64,000 nucleotides of DNA from an uncultured bacterium. GTDB lineage: Bacteria > Babelota > Babeliae > Babelales > Babelaceae. Where the stretch lies: NCBI GenBank assembly GCA_963824495.1, contig CAWGPQ010000011.1:32001-96000 (forward strand). The letters run 5' to 3'. This document shows, in pieces, positions 31,949-42,721 of the stretch; the first letter of the stretch is position 1, and every line of letters starts with the position of its first letter. The translations under genes and the position numbers were made by a program. Under the pieces are notes generated by a model. That model worked only from the letters and a program-made list of their open reading frames with translations, did no database searches and was not told where the DNA came from.

Positions 31949-32323
31949 TTAATAGCTACCGGTTGCATCAGGCTTTTCGCTATCGACCATTTCGCGTAGC
32001 TTACGCGCAGCATCGGCGATATCGTTATGTCCCTGAGCACCTGCTTCTTTTTCTATCGATACTAAAGCATTTCTGTGAACTATTTTAAGATCACCATAGG
32101 GAAATACATAATAACGCATGCTTTCGGGCTCTTGGTTAGTATCAATACCTAAAAACCACTGGCCATATTCTTGTACATAGTGTGTTTCAATAAATTTGTC
32201 TTGTTCATCAAGCGTGGCGCGGTGTTCGTTCCAATTCCATTGCTTGCCGTGCTCAACGCTTTTTCCTTCTTTGATAAGCTTTTGTGCATGCAGATAACCG
32301 CGACTATTAAGCAGTATCGCCAT
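31949..32323 (-). CDS. Conserved hypothetical protein
   Basis: Globular 124-aa ORF with EYGQWFLGID and YVFPYGD..VHR motifs; GAGGGG RBS. Confidence 0.7.
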   Translation of the reverse strand: MAILLNSRGYLHAQKLIKEGKSVEHGKQWNWNEHRATLDEQDKFIETHYVQEYGQWFLGIDTNQEPESMRYYVFPYGDLKIVHRNALVSIEKEAGAQGHNDIADAARKLREMVDSEKPDATGSY

Positions 32324-32573
32324 AGTGTTCCCCTCACGTGTGAGATAGCCTGTCTGTTTTTTATAGTAGCTTATAGCGTACAGAGCAACAAAATCAACAG
32401 ATTATAGTATGGCTCAAAAATATCTCTACTTTGTCAATTGTAAGCTTAAAAGATGCTTATTTGGTTGATAATTAAAATAACTAAATAATACTGTTGTTTT
32501 TTAAGCACATTTGCATATAAAGTAGTACTAATATATTGAGCTATTGATCTGATGATACAAAGGGGGGGCAGCG

Positions 32574-33545
32574 ATGGCCGGCGTAGGAATCGCTCGACAT
32601 ATAACAGTACTTATTGTATTGGTGATGGTAGGAGAGTTCTGTGTTGCACAGCCCAAAAAATGGTGCAAAGAGTTCCCACGGCATCCCATTAATAATATAG
32701 CACATCTTTCTACTACGTATGAAAAAATAACGGTATATATTCATGGTAGTCTTCCGCCACCTCTCTCAAGCTTGGCGCGCCTTATTGCACCAAAAACACC
32801 TTATGGCCTCGTACCGGCACGTCAAATACCTCAACGGTGTTCACATAGTAGAGTTGGCCATGTACTGCATAAGGCCTGTCCTGAAAGATTCCCTCTGGAT
32901 TCATTCTATCTTTTTGGCTGGTCAGGTACTTTAAGCTTTGAGGCGCGGGAAGAAGCTGCTGAAGAACTCTATTTAGGGCTAAGAGGTTATCGAGGGAAAA
33001 TAGATATTGTAGCTATCAGTCATGGTGGCAATGTTGCGCTTAATCTAGAAAAAATAGCTGAAAAGTATAATGATCAAGAATTTTGTATTGATACGCTCAT
33101 TTTGTTAGCAACCCCTGTGCAAAAAGCAACAGAACAGTATGTACAATCTGCTCTATTTAAAAGTGTTTTTTCTTTTTACTCATGTGGTGATCTTTTTCAA
33201 GTGGTCGATCCACAAGGTCTGTATAAAAATGGTAAAAAGCTTGAAGATACATCGGTGCCACTTTTTTCTGATCGAATTTTTCCCCCTGCTCCTAATATTA
33301 TACAAACGCGTTTATTTATTAGTAAGCGCAATCCCTATCATATAGATTTTGCTATGAAAAAGTTTTACAAGAATTTACCTGCCTTGCTTGAGTTGCTTGA
33401 AACCTCTCGGCATAATGCCCTTATTGACAATAACATGGGAACTTTTTCAGTTAACATACCCCCAAAAAATGGCTGCCCTCATTTTTGGGTCAAAACTTAC
33501 TGTAGTTGTACAGGTAAATCTTGCCAAGAAAGAGGTGCCAGATGA
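32574..33545 (+). CDS. Alpha/beta-hydrolase-fold protein
   Basis: VYIHG, FGWSG, nucleophile elbow AISHGGN, LILLATPV. Confidence 0.7.
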   Translation: MAGVGIARHITVLIVLVMVGEFCVAQPKKWCKEFPRHPINNIAHLSTTYEKITVYIHGSLPPPLSSLARLIAPKTPYGLVPARQIPQRCSHSRVGHVLHKACPERFPLDSFYLFGWSGTLSFEAREEAAEELYLGLRGYRGKIDIVAISHGGNVALNLEKIAEKYNDQEFCIDTLILLATPVQKATEQYVQSALFKSVFSFYSCGDLFQVVDPQGLYKNGKKLEDTSVPLFSDRIFPPAPNIIQTRLFISKRNPYHIDFAMKKFYKNLPALLELLETSRHNALIDNNMGTFSVNIPPKNGCPHFWVKTYCSCTGKSCQERGAR

Positions 33546-33985
33546 AAGTTATACGTAGCATTGTGCTGGGCATTAGTTATGGTGCATTCGCGATAGCTTC
33601 AGCTCAGCAAGAGATAGACTGGATTAACGTGGGCCATGTAATTACTAGTGAATCCAATGGTAGAATTGCTCAACTTGAGTTGCCTGGAAAAACATGTTTG
33701 CCTTATAGTATTATAGATGCTCGACTTTACTATACTGATGATGCCAGTATATTGCCTGCACAAGTAAGCTTGGGCAGAAAAGATGATCAGGTAGATATGC
33801 ATCGTCCACCCCATGGCGGTGTTTTTATTGGCAAAGTTCATCTAGCGCCGCATGAAGCTTGTACATTAAGCACGCCGGGTAAATTATTTGATACCTATTT
33901 TGTGTTCCAGGATTTTGAAGATGCTTATGCAAACCCTTCAATTACACAACAAAGAGGCTTTACTGGTCAGCCTGGCACGTATTAA
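33542..33985 (+). CDS. Secreted hypothetical protein
   Basis: ATG overlaps the upstream stop (ATGA); signal peptide ending IASA. Confidence 0.55.
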   Translation: MKVIRSIVLGISYGAFAIASAQQEIDWINVGHVITSESNGRIAQLELPGKTCLPYSIIDARLYYTDDASILPAQVSLGRKDDQVDMHRPPHGGVFIGKVHLAPHEACTLSTPGKLFDTYFVFQDFEDAYANPSITQQRGFTGQPGTY

Positions 33986-35819
33986 CTTTTTTTAACTCAT
34001 TTGTAGTGAGCGTGAGTGCCCCTAGAAGATCCTTGATTTGCGGGTCTGCAAGTTCAGCCTGATTGGATTTTTCTTTACGAGTTTCATTGACTAATAATCT
34101 TATTTCTCTAATCGTTAATTCCAAAAGAAGCTTTAATGGAGCGAGCGGCATACGCTGAGCTCCATCAAGTATGCGTTTTACTGCAGCAGTATACTCTGGC
34201 CGTTCTTTTTGCTGTTCAAAGAATAAGAGAGAAATATCAGTATCTGACATCTTATGCTTTTGATATACGACTTTACCCAAAAGTCTTTCTACAAGAACAG
34301 GATTGCTTGTACCACCAATGCTATGCATGGAGCATATTGCTAGCAGATAGGATGCTCTATGATCATTTCCTTGATCTCCAGCACGAAGTAACTGCATCCC
34401 CTCTTGTATCTTACGGGCGTCTTTTTCTTGAATTAACAAATATCCTAAATCATACGGCGAACCTGGTATATTTTGCTCAATGGATTCACGTAAAAAGAGT
34501 TCCAATTCAGTCAATCTGCCCGCTAACCTATAACAACGACCGAGCAAGTACCGTGAATCTTTATAGTTAGTATCAGCCAAAGGTATTAACTGCTCGATTG
34601 CTTGTGTGTAGTCGTTTTTTGCTATGTACGATAAGCTGAGCAGATAGTGAGCTTTAATATTCTGGGTCAATGCTGTATCTTCAAGCAAAGATATGGCATT
34701 ATCATAATGTTTATCGGTATAGAGAGATTGAGCGTAATCTAAGAGTTCATCTACATTTCCAACTTGAGCAGCCATCTTAAAGTATTTCATAGCCTCAGAT
34801 ATACTTATCTTGCATCCAAAGCCATAGCCTAAGCAATTTCCTAATTTTTCGTATGCTTTACTACAGCCTAAATCTGCTGCTTGTTTAAAAAACTTTAGGC
34901 TTTGGGGCCGGTTATTTTCTAGGTCTATCCAAAGTTGAGCTAGATAGTATGCACCTTTACCTAAGTCTTCAGCTGGACCAGCAAGAGGCTTTTGATCAAA
35001 GGCATGGCAAAGCCATTTAAAAGCCTTCTTTTTTATTTTTCGTTCTTGAGAACTCTCATAATACCAAATACCTAGTTTTAACTGTGCCAAGCCATAGTTA
35101 TTACCGGCCATTTTTTTGAGTAAAGCTTGAGCTGCGCTATGATCCTGAGACATAGCTTTGTCGAGAGCATATATAGCTTGCTGTACATTATACTCCCTTT
35201 CGTTGTTAATACTCGGCTGTTTGCACAGTAGGAGTCCGAGGTTATACTGACCGTCCGGATCATTCTGTTCAGCTGACCATTCAAAGTACTTTAAGGCGAT
35301 ATCCGGATTACTTGTGGTAAATGCACAGCCTAGATTATTAAGTGCTTGTCCATATCCAGGACGCTGTAGGTCTGGGTAAAGAATTTTTTCGGCAAGCATT
35401 TCTTTCCACCAATAACAGGCTATGTCGAGCTGTCCGCGCTCATAATACATTACGCCGGTGGCGTATTGAGCACGATGATTCCCCATGCCTGCTGAAGCTA
35501 GTAGAAATTTGAGTGCTTTGGATTGGTCTTCGCTTACGCCATGGCCTAAGAGATGTGATATACCAAGCGTATAAATGCTTTCTTTGTCACCTCCAAAAGC
35601 TTGAGCTTCAATCATTTTAAGCTGATGATTATTATAGAAAGCCGGCGAAGCTGCTTGATCAACGTTTCCTATAATACGGGGCCCAAGACTATAATTACTC
35701 TCGTCAATAAATTTTTTAAGGCTTGGCTGCATAGAAAGCAAACAGGTATATTTACCTCCATAAGCAAAAGATATACTAAGAAAAATAAGTAACGATTGAG
35801 AGTTGCGTATGATTATCAT
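33960..35819 (-). CDS. Sel1-like repeat protein
   Basis: Repeated AQY.LG..Y..G.G...D..KA..W...AA..G motifs; signal peptide. Confidence 0.9.
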   Translation of the reverse strand: MIIIRNSQSLLIFLSISFAYGGKYTCLLSMQPSLKKFIDESNYSLGPRIIGNVDQAASPAFYNNHQLKMIEAQAFGGDKESIYTLGISHLLGHGVSEDQSKALKFLLASAGMGNHRAQYATGVMYYERGQLDIACYWWKEMLAEKILYPDLQRPGYGQALNNLGCAFTTSNPDIALKYFEWSAEQNDPDGQYNLGLLLCKQPSINNEREYNVQQAIYALDKAMSQDHSAAQALLKKMAGNNYGLAQLKLGIWYYESSQERKIKKKAFKWLCHAFDQKPLAGPAEDLGKGAYYLAQLWIDLENNRPQSLKFFKQAADLGCSKAYEKLGNCLGYGFGCKISISEAMKYFKMAAQVGNVDELLDYAQSLYTDKHYDNAISLLEDTALTQNIKAHYLLSLSYIAKNDYTQAIEQLIPLADTNYKDSRYLLGRCYRLAGRLTELELFLRESIEQNIPGSPYDLGYLLIQEKDARKIQEGMQLLRAGDQGNDHRASYLLAICSMHSIGGTSNPVLVERLLGKVVYQKHKMSDTDISLLFFEQQKERPEYTAAVKRILDGAQRMPLAPLKLLLELTIREIRLLVNETRKEKSNQAELADPQIKDLLGALTLTTNELKKVNTCQADQ

Positions 35820-35940
35820 GGTAAAACACTAAGCGCTGCATCAATAAGAATTTGATTTTTAATAGTTATCAGATACTACTATACTATAAATATCAAAAAC
35901 CTTGAAGATTACTTGATTCTGAAAATATCGCTCATGTGTA

Positions 35941-36636
35941 TTACCAAGGTATCGGCTTGCCTTCATACGTAAAAAAGAATTGATCCAAAGAGATTGGTTG
36001 TTCAGCAATAACTTTTCTCAGGCCGCTTACGCTTGTGGTAACATCAATGGGAGCTTCAGCGCCGCCGAGTGCAGTTCTTACCCATCCTGGATGAAGAAGA
36101 ATGAGCCTTATTCCTCTGTCTTGTGTAGTAAGCGCAATGTTTTTCATAATCATATTGAGTGCTGTCTTGCCCGTACGATAGGCATAACTTCCATCATCTT
36201 TATTAAGCGCAATGCTGCTCATGATAGTACTGACCGTAGCAATAGTCTTCAGCTTGCTATCCGTTACGTGGTCAAGAAAGGCACGTGTTACTAAGAGTGG
36301 GCCGAGTGCATTGGTTAAAAAAAGCCGCTGCATAGTATCTATGCTAACGGTCTGAAGCTCTTGGTCTTTTTCATTAACATTAATACCTGCGTTGTTAATA
36401 AGAACATCAATGGCTTCGCCTGCGAGCTTGTGTGCTGCATTAAGAACTTCTTTTTCATGGGTGATATCTAATGGTATGAGCGTAACCTGCCCATTATGTG
36501 CAGCTAGTTGTCGTAAGTCATCAATATTGCCTGCTGGAAAATATGCAGCAAAAACTCGCCATCCAGCAGCTGCATATTGACGTGCAAATTCTAACCCTAT
36601 GCCGCTATTTGTCCCTGTTATAAGTACCGTTGGCAT
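35941..36636 (-). CDS. Short-chain dehydrogenase/reductase (CsgA/C-factor-like)
   Basis: TGTNSGIG, NNAG, YRTGK (YxxxK), LHPGWVRT. Confidence 0.92.
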   Translation of the reverse strand: MPTVLITGTNSGIGLEFARQYAAAGWRVFAAYFPAGNIDDLRQLAAHNGQVTLIPLDITHEKEVLNAAHKLAGEAIDVLINNAGINVNEKDQELQTVSIDTMQRLFLTNALGPLLVTRAFLDHVTDSKLKTIATVSTIMSSIALNKDDGSYAYRTGKTALNMIMKNIALTTQDRGIRLILLHPGWVRTALGGAEAPIDVTTSVSGLRKVIAEQPISLDQFFFTYEGKPIPW

Positions 36637-36774
36637 AATTAATATCTCCTATTAATTATTTTAATATGTTTCTATTTTTAATTATGACATAAATGTGACA
36701 AGGTAAGCAAGAGATTGTGCACATTATTTATAGGATAACCAGCATAATAGCGATTGTAATTATAGGTATCGAGC

Positions 36775-37389
36775 TTAAGAGGACGATTCCGATGGAGGTA
36801 TATGGCCGGGAGCCAGAGCAAATTGGGCAATTATGTCAGCTATCTCAGGCGGAAGAGGTTGCTGCTGACCTGCTGGTTGCCATGCAAACTCCCCGACTCG
36901 ACCTGCTCGTGATATTCTGCCAAATACAACTCTGCCAGCTTCTCTTTCTAAGAATGCAGCAACATCAGGGTGATAATATCTATAGGCAAGGGTGATAGGT
37001 ACATCACCGTTCGCATTAGCAAGAGCAGGGTTAGCACCACGTGCCATCAAAAGTTGAACTGTACTTAGCTTGCCATTACGAGCTGCCAAGTGTAACGGAG
37101 TGTTACCCTCTGCATTTTGTAGGTTAATATTTGCACCATGATCAAGTAATAGTTTTACGACATCGTCTTGTTGCTGCCCATATAAGAGCAGTGGCAGTAT
37201 TGCCATATTTATCGACATAATTAACATCAGCACCAGCGTTGAGTGCAGTTTCTACTGCTTGGGGGTCGCCAGCTTCGACTGCTCTTCGTAATTTAAAGCT
37301 GGCGGGATTAGTTGGCTCTTGGACTTGCATAGACTCTAAGGACATAGCGTGAGATAATGATAGGCCAATCTTGTAATATTTTTAATCAC
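36775..37389 (-). pseudogene. Ankyrin cassette copy A; internally deleted and frameshifted
   Basis: 5' end matches copy D except for a 10-nt deletion in the signal peptide; jumps from repeat 2 to DDVVKLLLDHG; retains the LPPEIADIIAQF tail. Confidence 0.85.
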
Positions 37390-37592
37390 AGTCTGTCCAT
37401 TCCTATTTATTAGCTATTAACTTTATTTTTAATTATTGCATAAATATAGCAAGATAGTCAAGAAATAAAATGCAAAAAATTACCTCACAAGATGATAAAG
37501 CTTTATAGTCGAGCTAAAAAAGCTGCTGAGTTTTCGGGCAATCGCCTGTGCTGATTGAATCTTATTTGACGCTCGGATGGGCTGCGGGCCGA
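37205..37592. repeat. Direct repeat of ~42275..42670 (5' end and upstream region of copies A and D)
   Basis: Near-identical sequence from ATCGACATAATTAACATC through GATGGGCTGCGGGCC. Confidence 0.9.
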
Positions 37593-37642
37593 ATCAACCT
37601 GGCCAAATAAGAAAGACAATTCATGATAAAGTTAAACAATTA

Positions 37643-37769
37643 CAGGATATAACATGTATGTCTTGCAAATATCTCTTGTCTATGTATAAAAGCTTTAATT
37701 GAGCAAGACGTAATTAATCATTTTTTCTTACTACCGAAACATACTTGTGCTAATAAGCCAAGAAACTTA
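37643..37769. repeat. Array 3' flank; inverted copy of 55981..56108
   Basis: AAGAAAAAATGATTAATTACGTCTTGCTCAAT...GACATACATGTT follows the terminal intact gene of both arrays (copies B and G). Confidence 0.85.
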
Positions 37770-39332
37770 CTAGCGTGACCCTGATGGAGGTATATGGCCG
37801 GCGGCCTGAGCAAACTGGGCAATTTGTCTCGCAACTTCAGGCGGAAGAAGCTCACCACCTGTAGGCTGCCATGCAAAGCCTCCTCTACGACCTAATTGTG
37901 ACACTCTACCAAACACAGCACGACCAGCTTCTCTTGCTAATAAGTCAACAATAGCAGAACGATGGTATTGCCGGGCGAGAGCTAGAGGAGTCTGACCTTG
38001 TCGGTTAACAATAGTAGCATTAGCACCACGTGCAAGTAAGAGTCTAACGGTAGTTAAATTACCGTTGCGAGCTGCTAAATGTAACGGTGTATTACCCTCT
38101 GCATTTTGTAGGTTAATATTTGCACCAAGATCAAGTAATAGTTTTACGATATCGTCATGTCCTTGAGCAGCAGCCCAATGTAATGCTGTCATACCATGAC
38201 TATCTTGATGGTTAATGTTAATTTGAGGGGGTATCATTGGGGGCAGTATGGCATAAGAAGCAAGCAGCTTACGCAACTGAGCAAGCAATGGCTCTGCTTG
38301 CGGTAGAGTGGAAAGTAATTCTACCACGTGCTTAGTATCTCCCCGGGCTGCTGCATAAGCAAGCTCGTTGCCTTCAAATACAGCACTTAAAGCTTGTAAG
38401 ACGCGTTGTTTTAGGTTGCCAGCGTTTGGTATTCTTGCTCCATGCTCTATGAGCACTCGAGCAGTTGCCAGTAGTCTGGGTCTAGATGAAGCAATGGTTA
38501 TCGACTTTAAAAGAGTAGACATAAGGATAGTGTTACCACCACTATCTACGCGATTAACATCAGCACCATGCTCTATAAGTAACTCAACTACGTTTCTATG
38601 TCCATTTATAGCTGCCTCCCCAAGAGCAGTATTACCATAATGAGGTGTATAATTAACATCAGCTCCATATTCTATAAGTAATCTAACTGTATCTGTATGT
38701 CCACCACGAGCTGCAGCCATAAGAGCAGTTTGCCCATACCTATCAGCACGATTAACATCAGCACCATGCTCTATAAGCACTCTAACTATATCTGTATATC
38801 GCCCTGGCCCTGCAGCTGCCAACATAAGGGCAGTATTATCATCATTATTAGCACGATTAACATCAGCACCATGCTCTATAAGCAATCTAACTGTTTCTGT
38901 CTTTCCATAACCAGCTGCCAAGATAAGAGCAGTATAACCATCACTGTCAGCATGATTAACATCAGCACCATATTTTATAAGTAATCTAACTATCTCTATA
39001 CGCCCATTTAGAGCTGCGAGTGAAAGAGCAGTATCACCTTTACTATTGGTATGATTAACATCAGCACTGTGCTCTATTAAGTATTGAACTACTTGGGTCT
39101 CTCCCCTCATGGTTTCCACTATGAGAGCAGTATAGCCAAGAGTATCAGCGTAATTAACATCAGCACCAGCATTGAGTGCAGCTTCAACTTCTTCAGCATT
39201 TCCATTATAGGCTGCATTTATCAATTCTTGATTGGCAGGGTTTGCTGGTCCTTGTACGTGCATACACTCTAAGAGCAGAACATTAGATAACGACAAGCCA
39301 ATCATGAGTAATTTTATAGCAACTTTAATCAT
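37770..39332 (-). CDS. Secreted ankyrin cassette copy B (8 variable repeats, constant block, F-box-like tail)
   Basis: Signal MIKVAIKLLMIGLSLSNVLLLEC; G.TAL..AA..G...VRLLIEHGADVN repeats; tail LLPPEVARQIAQF. Confidence 0.92.
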   Translation of the reverse strand: MIKVAIKLLMIGLSLSNVLLLECMHVQGPANPANQELINAAYNGNAEEVEAALNAGADVNYADTLGYTALIVETMRGETQVVQYLIEHSADVNHTNSKGDTALSLAALNGRIEIVRLLIKYGADVNHADSDGYTALILAAGYGKTETVRLLIEHGADVNRANNDDNTALMLAAAGPGRYTDIVRVLIEHGADVNRADRYGQTALMAAARGGHTDTVRLLIEYGADVNYTPHYGNTALGEAAINGHRNVVELLIEHGADVNRVDSGGNTILMSTLLKSITIASSRPRLLATARVLIEHGARIPNAGNLKQRVLQALSAVFEGNELAYAAARGDTKHVVELLSTLPQAEPLLAQLRKLLASYAILPPMIPPQININHQDSHGMTALHWAAAQGHDDIVKLLLDLGANINLQNAEGNTPLHLAARNGNLTTVRLLLARGANATIVNRQGQTPLALARQYHRSAIVDLLAREAGRAVFGRVSQLGRRGGFAWQPTGGELLPPEVARQIAQFAQAAGHIPPSGSR

Positions 39333-39504
39333 ACTATAATTCTTTCCATTAAGATCTTATATTTCTATTTTTGATTATATCAAAAGCCAAGCAATATAAT
39401 CAATACTTTAACGATTTTTAACTTTGCATGCTTTAGGACATACTTTTGAGCACTGTTTGCTTAAGCTGCTTATCCTTGCCAATAGCTCACAGTATAGGTT
39501 ACTC
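39333..39504 (-). repeat. Conserved ~172-bp inter-cassette spacer (copy 1 of 5)
   Basis: GAGTAACCTATACTGTGAGC...TTTTGATATAATCAAAA...GGAAAGAATTATAGT read on the minus strand. Confidence 0.95.
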
Positions 39505-41004
39505 TCATGCTGACCCTGATGGAGGTATATGGCCGGCGGCCTGAGCAAACTGGGCAATTTGTCTCGCAACTTCAGGCGGAAGAAGCTCACCTGCAGGCTG
39601 CCATTCAAACTCTCCGACTCGACCTGCTCGTGATACTCTACCAAACACAGCACGACCAGCTTCTCTTGCTAATAAGTCAACAATAGCAGAACGATGGTAT
39701 TGCCGGGCGAGAGCTAGAGGAGTCTGACCTTGTCGGTTAACAATAGTAGCATTAGCACCACGTGCGAGTAAGAGTCTAACGGTAGTTAAATTACCGTTGC
39801 GAGCTGCTAAATGTAACGGTGTATTACCCTCTGCATTTTGTAGGTTAATATTTGCACCAAGATCAAGTAATAGTTTTACGATATCGTCATGTCCTTGAGC
39901 AGCAGCCCAATGTAACGCTGTCATACCATGACTATCTTGATGGTTAATAGTAAGTGGTTGAGCTTGCGGTAGAGTGGAAAGTAATTCTACCACGTGCTTA
40001 GTATCTCCCCGGGCTGCTGCATAAGCAAGCTCGTTGCCTTCAAATACAGCACTTAAAGCAGCACTTAAAGCTTGTAAGACGCGTTGTTTTAGGTTGCCAG
40101 CGTTTGGTATTCTTGCTCCATGCTCTATGAGCACTCGAGCAGTTGCCAGTAGTCTGGGTCTAGATGAAGCAATGGTTATCGACTTTAAAAGAGTAGACAT
40201 AAGGATAGTGTTACCACCACTATCTACGCGATTAACATCAGCACCATGCTCTATAAGTAACTCAACTACGTTTCTATGTCCATTTATAGCTGCCTCCCCA
40301 AGAGCAGTATTACCATAATGAGGTGTATAATTAACATCAGCTCCATATTCTATAAGTAATCTAACTGTATCTGTATGTCCACCACGAGCTGCAGCCATAA
40401 GAGCAGTTTGCCCATACCTATCAGCATGATTAACATCAGCACCATGCTCTATAAGCAATCTAACTGTTTCTGTCTTTCCATAACCAGCTGCCAACATAAG
40501 GGCAGTATTATCACCATTATTAGCACGATTAACATCAGCACCATGCTCTATGAGTAACTCAGCTGTGTTTCTACGTCCACCTCTAGCTGCCTCCATAAGA
40601 GCAGTATTGCCATAATTATCAGCATGATTAACATCAGCACCATATTTTATAAGTAATCTAACTATCTCTATGTAGCCATTTAGAGCTGCGAGTGAAAGAG
40701 CAGTATCACCTTCACTATTGGTATGATTAACATCAGCACTGTGCTCTATTAAGTATTGAACTACTTGGGTCTCTCCCCTCATGGTTTCCACTATGAGAGC
40801 AGTATAGCCAAGAGTATCAGCGTAATTAACGTCAGCACCAGCATTGAGTGCAGCTTCAACTTCTTCAGCATTTCCATTATAGGCTGCATTTATCAATTCT
40901 TGGTTGGCAGGGTTTGCTGGTCCTTGTACGTGCATACACTCTAAGAGCAGAACATTAGATAACGACAAGCCAATCATGAGTAATTTTATAGCAACTTTAA
41001 TCAT
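39505..41004 (-). CDS. Secreted ankyrin cassette copy C (8 variable repeats)
   Basis: As copy B; 12-nt duplication giving ALSAALSA; hybrid tail. Confidence 0.92.
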   Translation of the reverse strand: MIKVAIKLLMIGLSLSNVLLLECMHVQGPANPANQELINAAYNGNAEEVEAALNAGADVNYADTLGYTALIVETMRGETQVVQYLIEHSADVNHTNSEGDTALSLAALNGYIEIVRLLIKYGADVNHADNYGNTALMEAARGGRRNTAELLIEHGADVNRANNGDNTALMLAAGYGKTETVRLLIEHGADVNHADRYGQTALMAAARGGHTDTVRLLIEYGADVNYTPHYGNTALGEAAINGHRNVVELLIEHGADVNRVDSGGNTILMSTLLKSITIASSRPRLLATARVLIEHGARIPNAGNLKQRVLQALSAALSAVFEGNELAYAAARGDTKHVVELLSTLPQAQPLTINHQDSHGMTALHWAAAQGHDDIVKLLLDLGANINLQNAEGNTPLHLAARNGNLTTVRLLLARGANATIVNRQGQTPLALARQYHRSAIVDLLAREAGRAVFGRVSRAGRVGEFEWQPAGELLPPEVARQIAQFAQAAGHIPPSGSA

Positions 41005-41177
41005 ACTATAATTCTTTCCATTAAGATCTTATTATTTCTATTTTTGATTATATCAAAAGCCAAGCAATATAATCAATACTTTAACGATTTTTAACTCTGC
41101 ATGCTTTAGGACATACTTTTGAGCACTGTTTGCTTAAGCTGCTTATCCTTGCCAATAGCTCACAGTATAGGTTACTC
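41005..41177 (-). repeat. Conserved inter-cassette spacer (copy 2)
   Basis: Near-identical to 39333..39504. Confidence 0.95.
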
Positions 41178-42467
41178 TCACACTGACCCTGATGGAGGTA
41201 TATGGCCGGCGGCCTGAGCAAACTGGGCAATTTGTCTCGCAACTTCAGGCGGAAGAAGCTCACCACCTGTAGGCTGCCATGCAAAGCCTCCTCTACGACC
41301 TAATTGTGACACTCTACCAAACACAGCACGACCTGCTTGTGCTTCTAAGAAAGCGACAACATTAGGATGATGATACCTATAGGCAAGAGCCAAAGCAGTC
41401 TGACCTTGTCGGTTAACAACAGTAGCATTAGCGCCACGCGCAAGTAACAGTCTAACGGTACTCAAGTTGCCATTACGAGCTGCTAAGTGTAACGGTGTAT
41501 TACCCTGTGCATTTTGTAGATCAATATTTGCACCAAACTCAAGTAATAGTTTTATTATATCGTCATGTCCTTGAGCAGCAGCCCAATGTAACGCTGTTAT
41601 ACCATGACTATCTTGACGATTAATAGTAATAGAAGGTATTATTGGTGGTAGTATGGCATAAGAAGCAAGCAGCTTATGCAACCGAGCAAGCAACGATTTG
41701 GCCTGAGGTGATTGTGGTTGAGCCTGGGGTAAAGTAGAAAGTAGTCCTACTACAAGCTTAGTATTACCCAGAGCTGCTGCATAAGCGAGTGGGTTGCCCT
41801 CAAATATAGCATTTAAAACTCGCCTTACGGCTTGCTCTGCATTAGGAGCGTTAGGAAAACTTTGAGGAAACCTTTGAAGCTCTTCTTCAGTTGGTATTGT
41901 TGCTCCATGCTCTATAAGTAATCCAGCTATATCAGCACGCCGCCTAGCCAGTGCCCATATAAGTGGAGTCTTGCCATCATTATTAGCACGATTAACATCA
42001 GCGTTATGATCTATAAGAATTCTAATTATATCAACATGTCCCTCCCTGGCGGCTAATGTAAGGGCAGTACTGCCATGGACATTAGCACGATTAACATCAG
42101 CACCATTCTGCAAGAGCAATATCACTATATCTTCATGTCCACCTCTAGCTGCCTCCATAAGAGCAGTATAGCCAGTATTATTTGCATAATTAACATCAGC
42201 CTTATGCGCTATAAGTAGTCTAACTATATCTGTATGTCCATTTAGGGCTGCCCACATAAGGGCAGTATAGCCAGCATTATCGACATAATTAACATCGGCA
42301 CCAGCGTTGAGTGCAGCTTCTACTGCTTGGGGGTCGCCAGCTTCGACTGCTCTTTGTAATTTAAAGCTGGCGGGGTTAGTTGGCTCTTGGACTTGCATAG
42401 ACTCTAAGGACATAGCGTGAGATAATGATAGGCCAATCAGGAGTAATCTTGTAATAATTTTAATCAC
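41178..42467 (-). CDS. Secreted ankyrin cassette copy D (5 variable repeats)
   Basis: Variant signal MIKIITRLLLIGLSLSHAMSLES; same constant block and tail. Confidence 0.92.
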   Translation of the reverse strand: MIKIITRLLLIGLSLSHAMSLESMQVQEPTNPASFKLQRAVEAGDPQAVEAALNAGADVNYVDNAGYTALMWAALNGHTDIVRLLIAHKADVNYANNTGYTALMEAARGGHEDIVILLLQNGADVNRANVHGSTALTLAAREGHVDIIRILIDHNADVNRANNDGKTPLIWALARRRADIAGLLIEHGATIPTEEELQRFPQSFPNAPNAEQAVRRVLNAIFEGNPLAYAAALGNTKLVVGLLSTLPQAQPQSPQAKSLLARLHKLLASYAILPPIIPSITINRQDSHGITALHWAAAQGHDDIIKLLLEFGANIDLQNAQGNTPLHLAARNGNLSTVRLLLARGANATVVNRQGQTALALAYRYHHPNVVAFLEAQAGRAVFGRVSQLGRRGGFAWQPTGGELLPPEVARQIAQFAQAAGHIPPSGSV

Positions 42468-42721
42468 AGTCTGCCCATTTCTATTTATTAGCTATTAACT
42501 TTATTTTTAATTATTGCATAAATATAGCAAGATAGTCAAGAAATAAAATGCAAAAAATTACCCCACAAGATGATAAAGCTTTATAGTCGAGCTAAAAAAG
42601 CTGCTAAATTTTCGAGCAATCACCTGTGCTGATTGAATCTTATTTGACGCTCAGATGGGCTGCGGGCCAAATAAAGTTAAATAATTACGTGAGCCTACTG
42701 CACATCCAGTGCTCATTGTTT

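Noticed and set aside
38540..39170. CRISPR-like periodic GATTAACATCAGCACC motif
   Set aside because: The ~99-nt period is the coding GADVN motif of ankyrin repeats.
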